A DNA stretch of 64,000 bases from Octopus vulgaris (Eukaryota), in the NCBI GenBank assembly GCA_951406725.2, contig OX597825.1, positions 68,200,001-68,264,000 on the forward strand. The letters run 5' to 3'. Both the position numbers and the translations under genes were made by a program. Below the pieces are notes generated by a model, which saw nothing but the letters and a program-made list of their open reading frames with translations, was not told where the DNA came from and did not search any database. Shown piece after piece: positions 27,498 to 36,562 of this stretch (positions within the stretch are counted from its first letter, which is position 1; each line of letters begins with the position of its first letter).

Positions 27498-30400
27498 GGT
27501 GTCGGCCCCCTTGTTATCGAGTATGGCCATTGAACGAAGTTTAATCAATGTTGTTATTGTGCAATGTCTGTGCAAGAAGATTATTTTAAAGTGAGGAAAG
27601 GCTGTGCACTGAGTCAATCCCACTCACTAAGCAACAGCAGTCATAATCCGAAAAGAAGAACAAGTCAACATCACCGGTAACTACTGAGCCGCAAGTTTTA
27701 TGTTGGAGTTATCCCAGTTACCTTCTCCTAGAAGGATGCCCTAACAAAGGCTAGGAGTCCTTCACTCCCAATGGTTTAACTGCGCAATCGGGTATTCAGT
27801 CCGATTATTTCTATGTCCCCACGCATAATACAGCCTTAAAACATTTATTGGATGGCCATTGACTCTCAATAGTTCCTCCGCCCTTTGGCGGATTTTGTTT
27901 TTCATCCCGCAGGTTTTCCAATAAACACCCTCCTCACCAAGCAAGCTTGGTGGGGTTGCCGGTTTAGTCGCCGACGACCCGACCATGCAACAGGTTGTAC
28001 TGGGTTACATGTTACCAGTAGCACTCGAAAGTGATCTGACATAATATATATATATACATACCGACAAAGGGTCACAAACACACACACATACATACAATAC
28101 AATAAATGGGGTTGATGTAATTAACTCAATCCTACCCCTAAAACTGCTGACCTTAAATCAGCCTTAATGATTATATCATTTGTCATTAGTCAATATTAGT
28201 CATTGAAGAATTATATTTTTTTACTTTTATTCTATATTTGTTTCAAAGAACCAAATGATTTCACCCACATCACAATATTTCCCCTATGGAAGCTAAACAG
28301 CATAATGTAATTGATAATATAATTAATAATGTAATAAAATTTAATTGCAAATGTTAATTACAAAGAAGAAAAATGATATTTACTGCTGGCATCCAGGCAA
28401 TGCTTTTTGTGTAAAATCGAATTTGAATATTTTGGCAACTCCATGAGCCTAAAAGAGAAACAGATATAGAAAACTATATATTAGACATATATAAGGACAC
28501 ATAACAGGTGCAGCAATATCAGAGGAAGGTTAACTGGGAAAATAGTTTATAATGCATTGCAGGAGTGGCTGTGTAGTAAGTAGCTTGTTTGCCAACCACA
28601 TGGTTCCGGGTTCAGTCCCACTGCGTGGCACCTTCGGCAATTGTCTTCTACTATAGCCTCGGGCTGACCAAAGCCTTGTGAGTGGATTTGGTAGACGGAA
28701 ACTGAAAGAAGCCCGTCGTATATATGTATATATATATATATGCATGTGTGTGTTTGTGTGTCTGTGTTTGTCCCCCTAGCATTGCTTGACAACTGATGCT
28801 GGTGTGTTTATGTCCCCGTTACTTAGCGGTTCGGCAAAAGAGACCGATAGAATAAGTACAGGGCTTACAAAAGAATAAGTCCCGGGGTCAAGTTGCTCGA
28901 TTAAAGGCAGTGCTCCAGCATGGCCACAGTCAAATGACTGAAACAAGTAAAAGAGTAAAGAGAGAGAGAGTATCATAAGGCTTAAGTGGCTGAAACTTTG
29001 AAGTCACTCTCAACAACATTCTTCTTTAAGGACAAGGTCAAGTTATTTGGAAATGAGTTTGGGTTTAGGAATGAAGTAAATGGTAGGTGTGTGTGGGGTA
29101 CAGACAATGAGGTTGGGGTGGGGAGAAGGAAATAAGTTCAATCCAAGACGGTTTTACCATCCAATATTTATGTTATTATTTATAGCTTTGTCATCTGCTT
29201 CAAGATTCCCTATTCCAAAAAAGAATATATATATATATATCATCATCATCATTTAACATCCAGAAAAGGACACATGAAGTGATGTAGTCCTCTATATCCC
29301 TAAAAAAATAGGATGGTAGCAGTTTCAATTTAAGCTGGCCAGATCTGGCCCCGCATACTGATCCTACATTAGCATTCTAATAACTTGTTTTTCTGAAGCT
29401 GTTTCTTGTGGCAGTTTTTCTGATATTTTGTCTATCTCACCTCAGTTCAGTTGTTATCTATTGTCAAGGCGTTTTTACAAATTGTTTTGCCTAGGTTATT
29501 TTTTGTTTTGTCATAGCTGGATGATTACTCGTCATTACATTTCAGGGATTTTATACGATCCTCTTATTGTCAGAATGTTATTCTCTAAATGAATCAATAC
29601 CATTAATGCGTGTCATAAAAAGCAACTAAAATGAGGGCATCTAATCGTAAAACATTGGCTCAGAAAAACAGGCCAATACTTGCTGGCATGGAAATGCTGA
29701 AATAAAAATAATGATTTTATATATCTTCATCATCATCATCATCATCATTTAGCATCTGCTTTCCATGCTGGCATGGGTCAGACAGTTTAACTGGAACTGG
29801 TAAACCAGAGAGCTGCACCAAGTTCCCGTCTGAATTGGCATGGTTTCTATGGCTGGATGCCCTTCTTAATGCCAACCACTCCAAGAGCGCAATGGGTGCG
29901 TTTTTATGTGCCACTGGCATGGGTTCTTTTATGTGCCACTGGCATGGGTGCCAGTTATGTGACAACACCAGCATCGGCCACAACTACGATTTCACTTACC
30001 TTGACGAGTCCTCTCAAGCACAGTATATCGTGAAAGGTCTCAGTCACTTGTCATTGCCCATGTCTTCTTGGGTCTACCTCTTACACAGGTTCCCTCCACA
30101 GTAAGAGATTGGCACTTCTTTACATGGCTGTCCTTATCCACACACACACACACATATATCATTATTATCTGTTTCTTTATTACCCACAAGGGGCTAAACA
30201 TAGAGGGGACAAACAAGGACAGACAAACGGATTAAGTCGATTACATCGAGCCCAGTGCGTAACTGGTACTTAATTTATCGACCCCGAAAGGATGAAAGGC
30301 AAAGTCGACCTCGGCTGAATTTGAACTCAGAACGTAACGGCAGACAAAATACAGCTACGCATTTCGCCCGGCATGCTAACGGTTCTGCCATTATCATCAT

Positions 30401-33400
30401 TTAACATCCACCCTCCACGCTAGTATGGGTTAGATGGTTTGACAGGAGCTGGCTAGGCAGGAGCCCGCACCAGACTTCTGTGTCTGTTTGGCAGGGTTTT
30501 TATGGCTGAATGCCCTTCCTAACACCAACTACCCAGCAGAGTGAATAAATGTAAACATATACACTAACAGGGACCATAGTTGTCATTAACTACAGCATTA
30601 GAGCAGTTTAGCTCTTATTTCTAGCAATGTAGGTGTTTCCTAACAACCCTAGTCACGTTTAGTGACAATCATAATTCTTCTTTTTGGTGAAATACTACAA
30701 CCTGCTGTTTATATTAATTTTCTGTATACACATTAATGAATTGCTAAATCATCCATTAATTTGAATGACAAAAGCATATATGCTAATAGAGAAACAGTTC
30801 TGGAAATGGCTGAACATCAAGCTGGCTTAACTGATGAGGGCGATGGAAATTGCCGAAACTAATGTCAGTCTTAAGAATTCTCAGACGGCATTTTTTGGAC
30901 AATTATGGTCCCTGTTATTGTATATGGTTTCATTCATGTGCGTTAACTACGGCATTAGAGCATTTTAGCTCTTATTTTTAGCAATGTAGGTGGGGTTTTT
31001 TTACATCCTAGTCACATTATCTATATATGTATGCATGTGTGTGTGTGTGTGTATATATATTCTTTTTTTCTTTTATTTGTTTCAGTCATTTGACTGTGGC
31101 CATGCTGGAGCACCACCTTTAGACGAGCAAATCGATGCCAGGACTTATTCTTTGTAAGCTTAGTACTTATTCTATCAGTCTCTTTTGCTGAACCACAAAG
31201 TTACAGGGACGTAAACACACTAACATCGGCTGTCAAGCAATGGTTGGGGTACAAACACATGCACACAAACACACACACATGTATATATAGGACGGGCTTC
31301 TTTCAGTTTCCAACTACCAAATCCACTCACAAAGCTTTAGTTGGCCCAAGACTATAGTAGAAGACACTTACCCAGTCATCGCCATCATCATTTAATGTTC
31401 ACTTTTCCAGACAGAGTTTATGGAGACATATGTTCCACAGCTGGATGCCCTTCATGTCAATAACCCTTACCTCATCCCAAATGAATTAATATTTCCCAAT
31501 GGCCTGACATGTCATTGCAGAATACTAGAAACAAACTACACTGCTTGCATGACAGTGGCACTCATTTACAATTACCATTAATGCCAAGACAAAGAGACAC
31601 AAAATACACATGGCGGTGCCCCAGCATGGCCACAGCTCAAGAGCTGAAACTGGAAAACATAAAACATAAACACACACACGCACACAAACATAGAAGAGAG
31701 AAACATAGAGAAACGCACACAAACATAGAAGAGAGAAATATATATGATAGGCTTTGGCATAGTTTTTGTCTACTAAATTCCGCTTTCTCAATGTTCTCCT
31801 GAAACACCAGCCAAATCTCTCTAAAATCAGAAAAGGGCACATGAAGTGATGTAGTCCTCTATATCCCTAAAAAAATAGGATGGTAACAGTTTTGATGCCT
31901 TTGATCTAGGGTGAACTCAATCAGCTAAATAACAAATATATAGAAATATAACAACAAATTCTTTATCTAGTTTCAGCTCACAAGCTGTGGCCATGCTGGG
32001 GCACCGCCATTTGGTGTTGCTACATGATTTTACTTCACGAATGCTTTTTAGCAATTGCCATTTGTTGCATGAGAGAGTTCGATGCAGCTGCCCTCATCTG
32101 CACCTCCTGCCGTGAAGTTGGTTCATCTGGGACACCTGACAAGAAGAGATCCAGTTTTATTTTAAAGACATCTGCATCCACCCTGTGCAGGTCTCTTAGG
32201 TTCTTCGGGAGGATATATAGAAATAATAACCAACTAAATAACAAATATATAGAAACGTACAACTTATACCAACCTTTAGAACAGAAGCGCCAACAATGCG
32301 ATCAAGTGGTTTCATCAGCTCACCATCAAGCACCAAGTCTTTTTGACCAGGCATCTAAATTTTAATTCAAAAAATAGAATTCAAATGAAAAGATATTTTG
32401 AAAAATTATTTTAATGTAATAAAGATATAACATGAATGCATATCTGATGTTTATGTGCATACGTAGATTTGTATGTGTGTGTTTGTGTGTGTGCACACAC
32501 ACATATATACATATTTGCAGGTATGGCTGTATAGTAACCAAATCCACTCACAGTGATTTGGTCGGCCTGAGGCTGTAGTAGGAGACACTCACCCAAGGTA
32601 CTGGGCAGTGGGACTGAACCCAGAAACATGTGGTTGATAAGCAAGCTTCTTACCAGGCAACTACTCCTGTGGTTGTGTGGAATATACGTATATATATAAT
32701 AAGTCTTACTTATTACTATTCGCTATAGGGACTGGTAACCACTATAACCTGTAGTGGAGAACAGTCAACATGTTGTGCTGAGGCTGACCAAAAAATTTTA
32801 TTTTTAGATATATCTGGGGTACTTATATGTACTCATGATTTTTGCTTTGGCTTTTTTCCATGGGCGCATGTAAGTATCTTATTTATATCCTTTCGTATGT
32901 TCTACTGAAGAGGAAAGAATCTTTTATGAGATTAATTCCGAAATTGATTCAATATAGAAATAACGAACTTTAAAAAAAAATTCTATCGGCCGGCTTCCCC
33001 GATTTCAGTTCTTCGTGTTTTTTTCTGTAGCGGGTAAATAATATGTGGAAATTGACGATTTGAAAGTCTGTTATCAGCATATTGGCATCGAAATAATTTT
33101 CTTTAGCCCTCATTTATAAGTTGTATATATATATGATGTGTGTGGAATGTGTGTGTGAGTATGTGTATATTTATTCCCTTTTATTTGTTTTTGTCAATGG
33201 ACTGTGACCATGCAGGGACGACACTTTGAAGGATTTTAGGCAAATGAATCAACCTAAGGACTTATTTTTTACGTATAGTACATATTCCATCAATGTCTAT
33301 TACTAAACCAATAAGTTGTGTGGACATAAACAAACCAACACTGAGGGACAAACAGACACAAAGACACACACACACACAAACACATATACAAACAGACACA

Positions 33401-34869
33401 CACAAACACAAACGCACACACATACAAACACACCCACATACATGCACACACACACACATACAAACACACACACATACAGGCGCACGCATACAGACACACA
33501 CACAAACACACTCAGCTTTTGCCTTTTACTTGTTTCAATCATTGGACAGCAGCCATTTTGGGACACCGCCTTGAAGAGTTTAGTTAAACAAACCGACCAT
33601 CAGTAATTATTATTATTTGTTTTTGTTTTTTTGCCTAGTACTTATTCTATCAGTCTTTACCGCGAAGTTAGGGGATGTGAACTAACCAACACCGGTGTAG
33701 GGCATTGTCCAAGGACTGATAACAGACGAACTGTAGACAGGAAATTCACTGCAGTCTAGCTAGTGAGCTGGTCAAGACGACAAAGAAAGACAGACAGACA
33801 GACAGACAGACAGACATACATATACGACAAGTCACTAAACAACTTCTGTCCATCAAATTCAATCACAGGACATTGTCAACTTGGGGATATAGTAGAAAAT
33901 ACTCGCCCACGGTGCCGCGCAGTGGGACCGAACCCGAAAACCACGTGGCTGCAAAGAGAGCTGAGTTTGTGTGTGTGTGTGTAAATGGTATGTTATGACG
34001 CTGATTAAGACCGAGATAAAATAGACATGAGGGGCGGTGTGCATACTAACTAAAAAATGCGATAGGTTCTTACGTAATTAAGTGGATGCTGTATATGTCA
34101 ACAACGATGTAGTCAAGCCAACGACAGCGTATCAAAAAGATCGCTTGATAAGGTACAAATGGCACCTGCATCTCCTTCACAGAATCTGCCGAGTCTCCCT
34201 CATAAAACAGGTCTAACCGTCCGAGAGTTAGACACAGCTGATCATTTATACCTTTGACACATAGATTTTGGGTGGGAAAAAAGGCGGTTGTTATGGTCGG
34301 AACGTCTTCGATCAAAGGTGAAACCGAGTGCAGATAACCTGGTGGAGGGGTTAGACACCAACAATAACAACAAACATGATGTGATGAGGTAGTCCCTATC
34401 TAGGATGTCGCACGAACCTACTAGAAATAACAGCTAAATCTCTGCGATCACACCCTACTGTCTTTCATACAAGGATACAATGTGGACAATGTAGTTCTGA
34501 AGACACTACTATGTCTGGAATGTAACACAGGATGGTGGTCACAATTAGAACGCTTTTGACCATAGGCGTACTCAGAGATTACCAAGGCCCAAACATCAAC
34601 TAAATCATGTAAAGGGAAATATATATACAAAAATATATATATATATATATACACACACAAAGGGGGTGTGAGCCTAACGGTGAAGAAGAACGGTAAATCA
34701 CCAAAAATTAAACATCACAGATGTAATGCAATTCCATAATGATATGAATGATAAAGATGATGATGATGATGATATCGAAATTATAATAACTTACGTTTTC
34801 GAGCTGGTAAATTAGCCGATCCTTAATGAATTGAGAGAGCAAACTGACATCTGGAAATCTAGACGCCAT
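1390..34869 (-). CDS. VPS33B: Vacuolar protein sorting-associated protein 33B (Sec1/Munc18 family), complete 19-exon gene, 602 aa
   Basis: Manually spliced join(34795-34869,32274-32354,28384-28448,27163-27280,25029-25169,23405-23509,20392-20485,19710-19787,17689-17762,16350-16436,15157-15250,13827-13907,11749-11813,10173-10274,7907-8071,6666-6767,5569-5662,4223-4336,1390-1463) = 1809 nt. All introns are GT-AG and phase-compatible. Motifs [65 protein letters not shown] and [14 protein letters not shown] match VPS33B as recalled. Confidence 0.95.
1622..1847 (-). mobile_element. tRNA-head SINE family B (Meta-like core), inserted into the tail of a family H SINE
   Basis: ggcagcgagctggcagaa head; gcctttcatcctttcggggtcga core; ~18 bp flanking duplication tccacaaacatttg(c/t)acc. 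Other copies at 8290-8525, 12548-12742, 18240-18474, 30170-30391, 57531-57768; variants at 17810-18030, 21965-22180, 60728-60945. Confidence 0.85.
2272..2689 (-). mobile_element. tRNA-head SINE family A, full length
   Basis: ggagtggctgtgtggtaag...ggttcagtccc head (A/B boxes), internal (TA/TG)n, tail ggtgctccagcatggcc...gaaacaagtaaaagag. Confidence 0.9.
2920..3412 (+). mobile_element. RTE LINE 3' UTR (5'-truncated) ending in (GAT)n
   Basis: Same tail as 46622-47408, which is joined to an RTE ORF end. Other copies at 3447-3795, 15879-16118, 19925-20135, 23560-23840, 23898-24065, 24312-24580, 29727-30140, 30392-30545, 47436-47598, 54603-54950, 59547-59790. Confidence 0.8.
4223..4336 (-). CDS. 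VPS33B: VPS33B exon 18 ([38 protein letters not shown])
   Basis: ttacag acceptor, gtgagg donor; SM-family FLGGxTxxEIxALR motif. Confidence 0.95.
5569..5662 (-). CDS. VPS33B: VPS33B exon 17 ([31 protein letters not shown])
   Basis: cacag acceptor, gtaagt donor. Confidence 0.9.
6666..6767 (-). CDS. VPS33B: VPS33B exon 16 ([34 protein letters not shown])
   Basis: ttttcaag acceptor, gtaggt donor. Confidence 0.93.
6754..7230. repeat. ~178 bp tandem repeat, ~2.7 copies, including the exon 16 acceptor
   Basis: cagattt(a/g)g(a/g)accttgaaaagcaaag recurs with exon-edge positions 6767, 6944, 7124. Confidence 0.9.
7907..8071 (-). CDS. VPS33B: VPS33B exon 15 ([16 protein letters not shown]...[15 protein letters not shown])
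   Basis: ttgtag acceptor, gtaagt donor. Confidence 0.93.
8290..8525 (+). mobile_element. SINE family B with target-site duplication
   Basis: agaatggttcttaca on both sides. Confidence 0.85.
8576..8960 (+). mobile_element. SINE family A
   Basis: Head-to-tail match to the other family A copies. Confidence 0.85.
9358..9810 (+). mobile_element. CR1-clade LINE 3' end with (TTA)n tail
   Basis: ORF end ...[27 protein letters not shown] resembles the CR1 C-terminal FF.RV...WN.L..VV...S...FK motif. Confidence 0.75.
10173..10274 (-). CDS. VPS33B: VPS33B exon 14 ([34 protein letters not shown])
   Basis: tttcag acceptor, gtcagt donor; LRLxCLLS motif. Confidence 0.93.
10748..11143 (+). mobile_element. 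SINE family A nested in a TTAA-type MITE (10712-11272)
   Basis: Flanks continue the MITE sequence seen intact at 60080-60300. Confidence 0.85.
11271..11505 (-). mobile_element. SINE fragment with RTE-type tail
   Basis: gacccc...gtcatgaatgaccat end and ccaagggaaaggcaaaggc...ttggcacc; joins the ctggagcaacatgaa motif shared with family G. Confidence 0.55.
11749..11813 (-). CDS. VPS33B: VPS33B exon 13 ([22 protein letters not shown])
   Basis: tttcag acceptor, gtaggt donor. Confidence 0.92.
12054..12274. mobile_element. piggyBac-like MITE
   Basis: TTAA|CCCTTTCGTTAC...GTAACGAAAGGG|TTAA; other copies at 15540-15717, 22808-23330, 55661-55890. Confidence 0.85.
13064..13598. mobile_element. Putative degenerate piggyBac-like non-autonomous element
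   Basis: ttaa-cctctagac vs reverse complement ttag-ccccttgac; CpG-rich interior; internal repeat atcgta(c/t)atttacgt. Confidence 0.4.
13827..13907 (-). CDS. VPS33B: VPS33B exon 12 ([27 protein letters not shown])
   Basis: ttttcag acceptor, gtgaga donor; HIGACE favours the B paralogue. Confidence 0.92.
14197..14625 (-). mobile_element. SINE family A with a short RTE-tail insertion
   Basis: Family A match; catcatcatttaacgtcc...ttggac inserted at ~14420-14464. Confidence 0.8.
14830..15120. repeat. Degenerate ~16-17 bp minisatellite (acaacatgtgacagtcc-like)
   Basis: Recurrent acatgtg/cag motifs. Confidence 0.6.
15157..15250 (-). CDS. VPS33B: VPS33B exon 11 ([31 protein letters not shown])
   Basis: tttcag acceptor, gtaagt donor. 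Confidence 0.92.
16350..16436 (-). CDS. VPS33B: VPS33B exon 10 ([29 protein letters not shown])
   Basis: tttgcag acceptor, gtgagt donor; IRNxHFS motif. Confidence 0.92.
16600..17237 (+). mobile_element. R4/Dong-clade non-LTR retrotransposon 3' end (restriction-like endonuclease domain), 5'-truncated
   Basis: [18 protein letters not shown] [frameshift] HHPEAV...[22 protein letters not shown]...LIDMSIP...KLRKYKDL...IPVIVGALG; flanked on both sides by (TAA)n. Confidence 0.88.
17689..17762 (-). CDS. VPS33B: VPS33B exon 9 ([25 protein letters not shown])
   Basis: tgtag acceptor, gtaagt donor; phase 1-0. Confidence 0.9.
19021..19530 (-). mobile_element. DD37D (maT)-type Tc1/mariner transposase remnant, 3' half
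   Basis: WQQ(D)[38 protein letters not shown]...VEANGDFIE*; 37 residues between the second and third catalytic Asp positions. Confidence 0.8.
19710..19787 (-). CDS. VPS33B: VPS33B exon 8 ([26 protein letters not shown])
   Basis: ttttag acceptor, gtaagt donor; SM-family DRxxDxxTPL..Q.TYEG motif. Confidence 0.95.
20392..20485 (-). CDS. VPS33B: VPS33B exon 7 ([31 protein letters not shown])
   Basis: ctag acceptor, gtatat donor; phase 0-1. Confidence 0.88.
20990..21701. mobile_element. pogo/Tc2-like non-autonomous DNA element remnant
   Basis: gtataatacgcaccc subterminal repeats; end aagtgcggattatactcgaggatttacagTA. Confidence 0.55.
22967..23268 (+). mobile_element. Non-autonomous Helitron
   Basis: 5' TC, 3' CTAG, subterminal hairpin cccgagcaacgccggg, inserted between A and T. 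Confidence 0.88.
23405..23509 (-). CDS. VPS33B: VPS33B exon 6 ([35 protein letters not shown])
   Basis: ttttcag acceptor, gtaaat donor; GIGRxAK motif. Confidence 0.92.
25029..25169 (-). CDS. VPS33B: VPS33B exon 5 ([15 protein letters not shown]...[22 protein letters not shown])
   Basis: tttttcag acceptor, gtaagt donor. Confidence 0.93.
25219..26348 (+). mobile_element. DD37D (maT)-type element with degenerate TIRs, internally deleted
   Basis: TAcagagtg... / ...caccctgTA ends; [16 protein letters not shown]...[10 protein letters not shown]...WPPNS; same family as 19021-19530. Confidence 0.8.
25256..25617 (+). mobile_element. Non-autonomous Helitron (different family) nested in the maT element
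   Basis: atatataaa start; hairpin ccggtattgccgg then gtgCTAG|T. Confidence 0.65.
27163..27280 (-). CDS. VPS33B: VPS33B exon 4 ([39 protein letters not shown])
   Basis: ttcag acceptor, gtaagt donor; VRPRI motif. Confidence 0.92.
27497..28040 (-). mobile_element. Bipartite RTE-derived non-autonomous element in (TA)n
   Basis: RTE-like 5' motif ggcatccttctaggagaaggtaact and RTE-like 3' end (atggccatactcgataacaaggggccgacacc); no RT between them. Confidence 0.5.
28384..28448 (-). CDS. VPS33B: VPS33B exon 3 ([21 protein letters not shown])
   Basis: ctcttttag acceptor, gtaaat donor; phase 0-2. Confidence 0.88.
28559..28962 (+). mobile_element. SINE family A, full length
   Basis: Near-consensus copy; further copies at 4425-4830, 5243-5548, 31068-31375, 39040-39270, 58575-58728, 59048-59260, 60035-60415. 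Confidence 0.9.
31960..32215 (-). mobile_element. CR1-clade LINE 3' end
   Basis: [32 protein letters not shown]...AASNSL; flanking duplication ctaaataacaaatatatagaaa. Confidence 0.8.
32274..32354 (-). CDS. VPS33B: VPS33B exon 2 ([27 protein letters not shown])
   Basis: tttag acceptor, gttggt donor; PGxKDL/PLDRI motif. Confidence 0.92.
32900..32959 (+). ncRNA. Type I hammerhead ribozyme, intact core
   Basis: ttcta-CTGAAGA-ggaa(...)ttcc-GAAA-ttgattcaa-TA-tagaa; predicted cleavage after 32954 (AUA). Confidence 0.8.
34795..34869 (-). CDS. VPS33B: VPS33B exon 1 ([25 protein letters not shown])
   Basis: caacATGgcg start; GTAAGT donor; phase 0. Confidence 0.85.
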
Positions 34870-34935
34870 GTTGACTAAAACATACGAAAGTTATCTCCCT
34901 TGATATCCAGGCTCTGCTTTCGATTGGCAACCACA
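34870..34935 (-). promoter_or_regulatory. VPS33B proximal promoter/5' UTR with CCAAT box
   Basis: ATTGG at 34923-34927 (CCAAT on minus), ~55 nt upstream of the ATG; repeats begin immediately beyond. Confidence 0.4.
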
Positions 34936-34997
34936 CACACACACACACACACATGTACATACGTATACAGATATACATGTGAATACAAATACAAATG

Positions 34998-35285
34998 CAG
35001 GCATACCTCAGCTTACGTCGTTTCGTGTTACGTCTTCCTTCACTTTACGTCGGTCTTGGTGAAGGTTTAAATACATAGAAATTAAAAATAAAAAAAAACA
35101 CAAAAATTCAATACTGAAATAAAAATTAAATAAAATACATGTGAATATATATACAAACCATTTTTAAAAACGGCAGATATCAACTAATAAATTTGTTTAA
35201 ACGATTTTTTTCCTTGTTACATCGTTTTTTTTGTTTAAGTCGTATGGTTTAAAACCAATTACTGACGTAAGTTGAGCTATACCTA
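34998..35285. mobile_element. Tigger/pogo-like MITE
   Basis: TIR caggcatacctcagcttacgtc / gacgtaagttgagctatacct. Confidence 0.7.
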
Positions 35286-35287
35286 TA

Positions 35288-35697
35288 CGAAACCTGAACA
35301 CTAAAGAAAGCTGACCAGAAGAGAATTAATGCCTTCGAGCTTTGGTGTTGGAGAAGACTTTCACAGATTCCATGGACAGTGAGGCTCACCAATGGAGAAG
35401 TTCTTAAGCAGATCAGGCCGAAAATGTCATTAGAAGCTAGGATCACCAAGCATAGATTGGCATATTTCGGTCATATTATGCAGAGAAAATCCCTGGAGAA
35501 GGACATCATGCTCAGAATGGTCAGTGGCAAGAGAGGAAGAGGCCGACCAAGAACCCAGTGGCTTGACACCATCAGGAGTGATACCGGAATGGACATGGCC
35601 AGTCTGAAGGAAGCGGCCCAGGATAGAACTAACTGGAGGACACTGATCCAACGAGTGACTGAGAGTCAACTTCGACTGAGCGGATAGATAGATAGAT
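35288..35697 (+). mobile_element. BovB-like RTE LINE 3' end with (GATA)n tail
   Basis: KRINAFELWCWRRL..IPWT...YFGHIMQRKSLEKDIML..VSGKRGRGRPRTQWLD...DRTNWR...VTESQLRLSG*. Confidence 0.8.
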
Positions 35698-35847
35698 TCC
35701 AACATATTCCCCTTTCAGATTCACAAATTTTTTGCAGCGGTCCATCAGTTTTTCTAAGTCCTGTAAAAGAACTCAGAAGGTTGGGTCTCCTGCTAGACCT
35801 TTCAGAACACTCTTAAAGCCAGGAACTTTTCAGCAGCCCCTATGTAC
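35698..35847 (-). mobile_element. mariner-like MITE remnant
   Basis: Minus-strand remnant LEKLMDRCKKFVNLKGEYV; terminus gaacttttcagcagcccctatgTA. Confidence 0.55.
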
Positions 35848-36182
35848 ATATGAAGACCGCCTCTCATGTGTATATCTGTGTTTGTATGCCTGTATTCACT
35901 CAACACAATGTATTGAGTTCTATATCAGAAAATGTTTATACCAGAAGAGGACCCAAGAGTGGAGACCGAGGGGCACATAACCCCCGCAAGAAAAGAAATG
36001 TGCCCTTTTAAATAATGTTATTGTTATCCTGGAATTGCATTCCCTTCTGATCTTGTGCCCTCCCTTCGGAAAATTCCTGGAACCGGCCCTGTATATTGGG
36101 TTGTAACCTGATTTCTATTGTGCTTGTTATATATCCAGTTATTTGTGGGTTTTTTAGAGGATTCTTTAACTCTGATTTTCAC

Positions 36183-36223
<41 letters not shown>

Positions 36224-36562
36224 TATACATATATATACATACATACATACATACATACATACACATACATATTATCATTATCAATATCATTTGACGTCCA
36301 TTTTCTATGCTGGCATGGGTTAGACTGTTTCACAGGATTTGGTGAATCACAAAGGTCACATCTTGCTCTATGTTGACTCTTGCATGATTTGTACAGATTG
36401 ATGCCCTTCTTAATGCCAACTACTTTATAGTGAACTCACTTTATTGACAAATATACAAGTGCAGATATTTTCTGACTTACAAGCTCATAGATCACTGTGT
36501 GTGTGTGTATATGCGTGTGCACATGCACACACACACATACACAGATATTTTAAAGTGGGGTA

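Noticed and set aside
1390-34869. Assignment as VPS33A
   Set aside because: HIGACE, MKNFVS.ELK and AKRS...KKLNL match VPS33B as recalled; a reciprocal BLAST would confirm.
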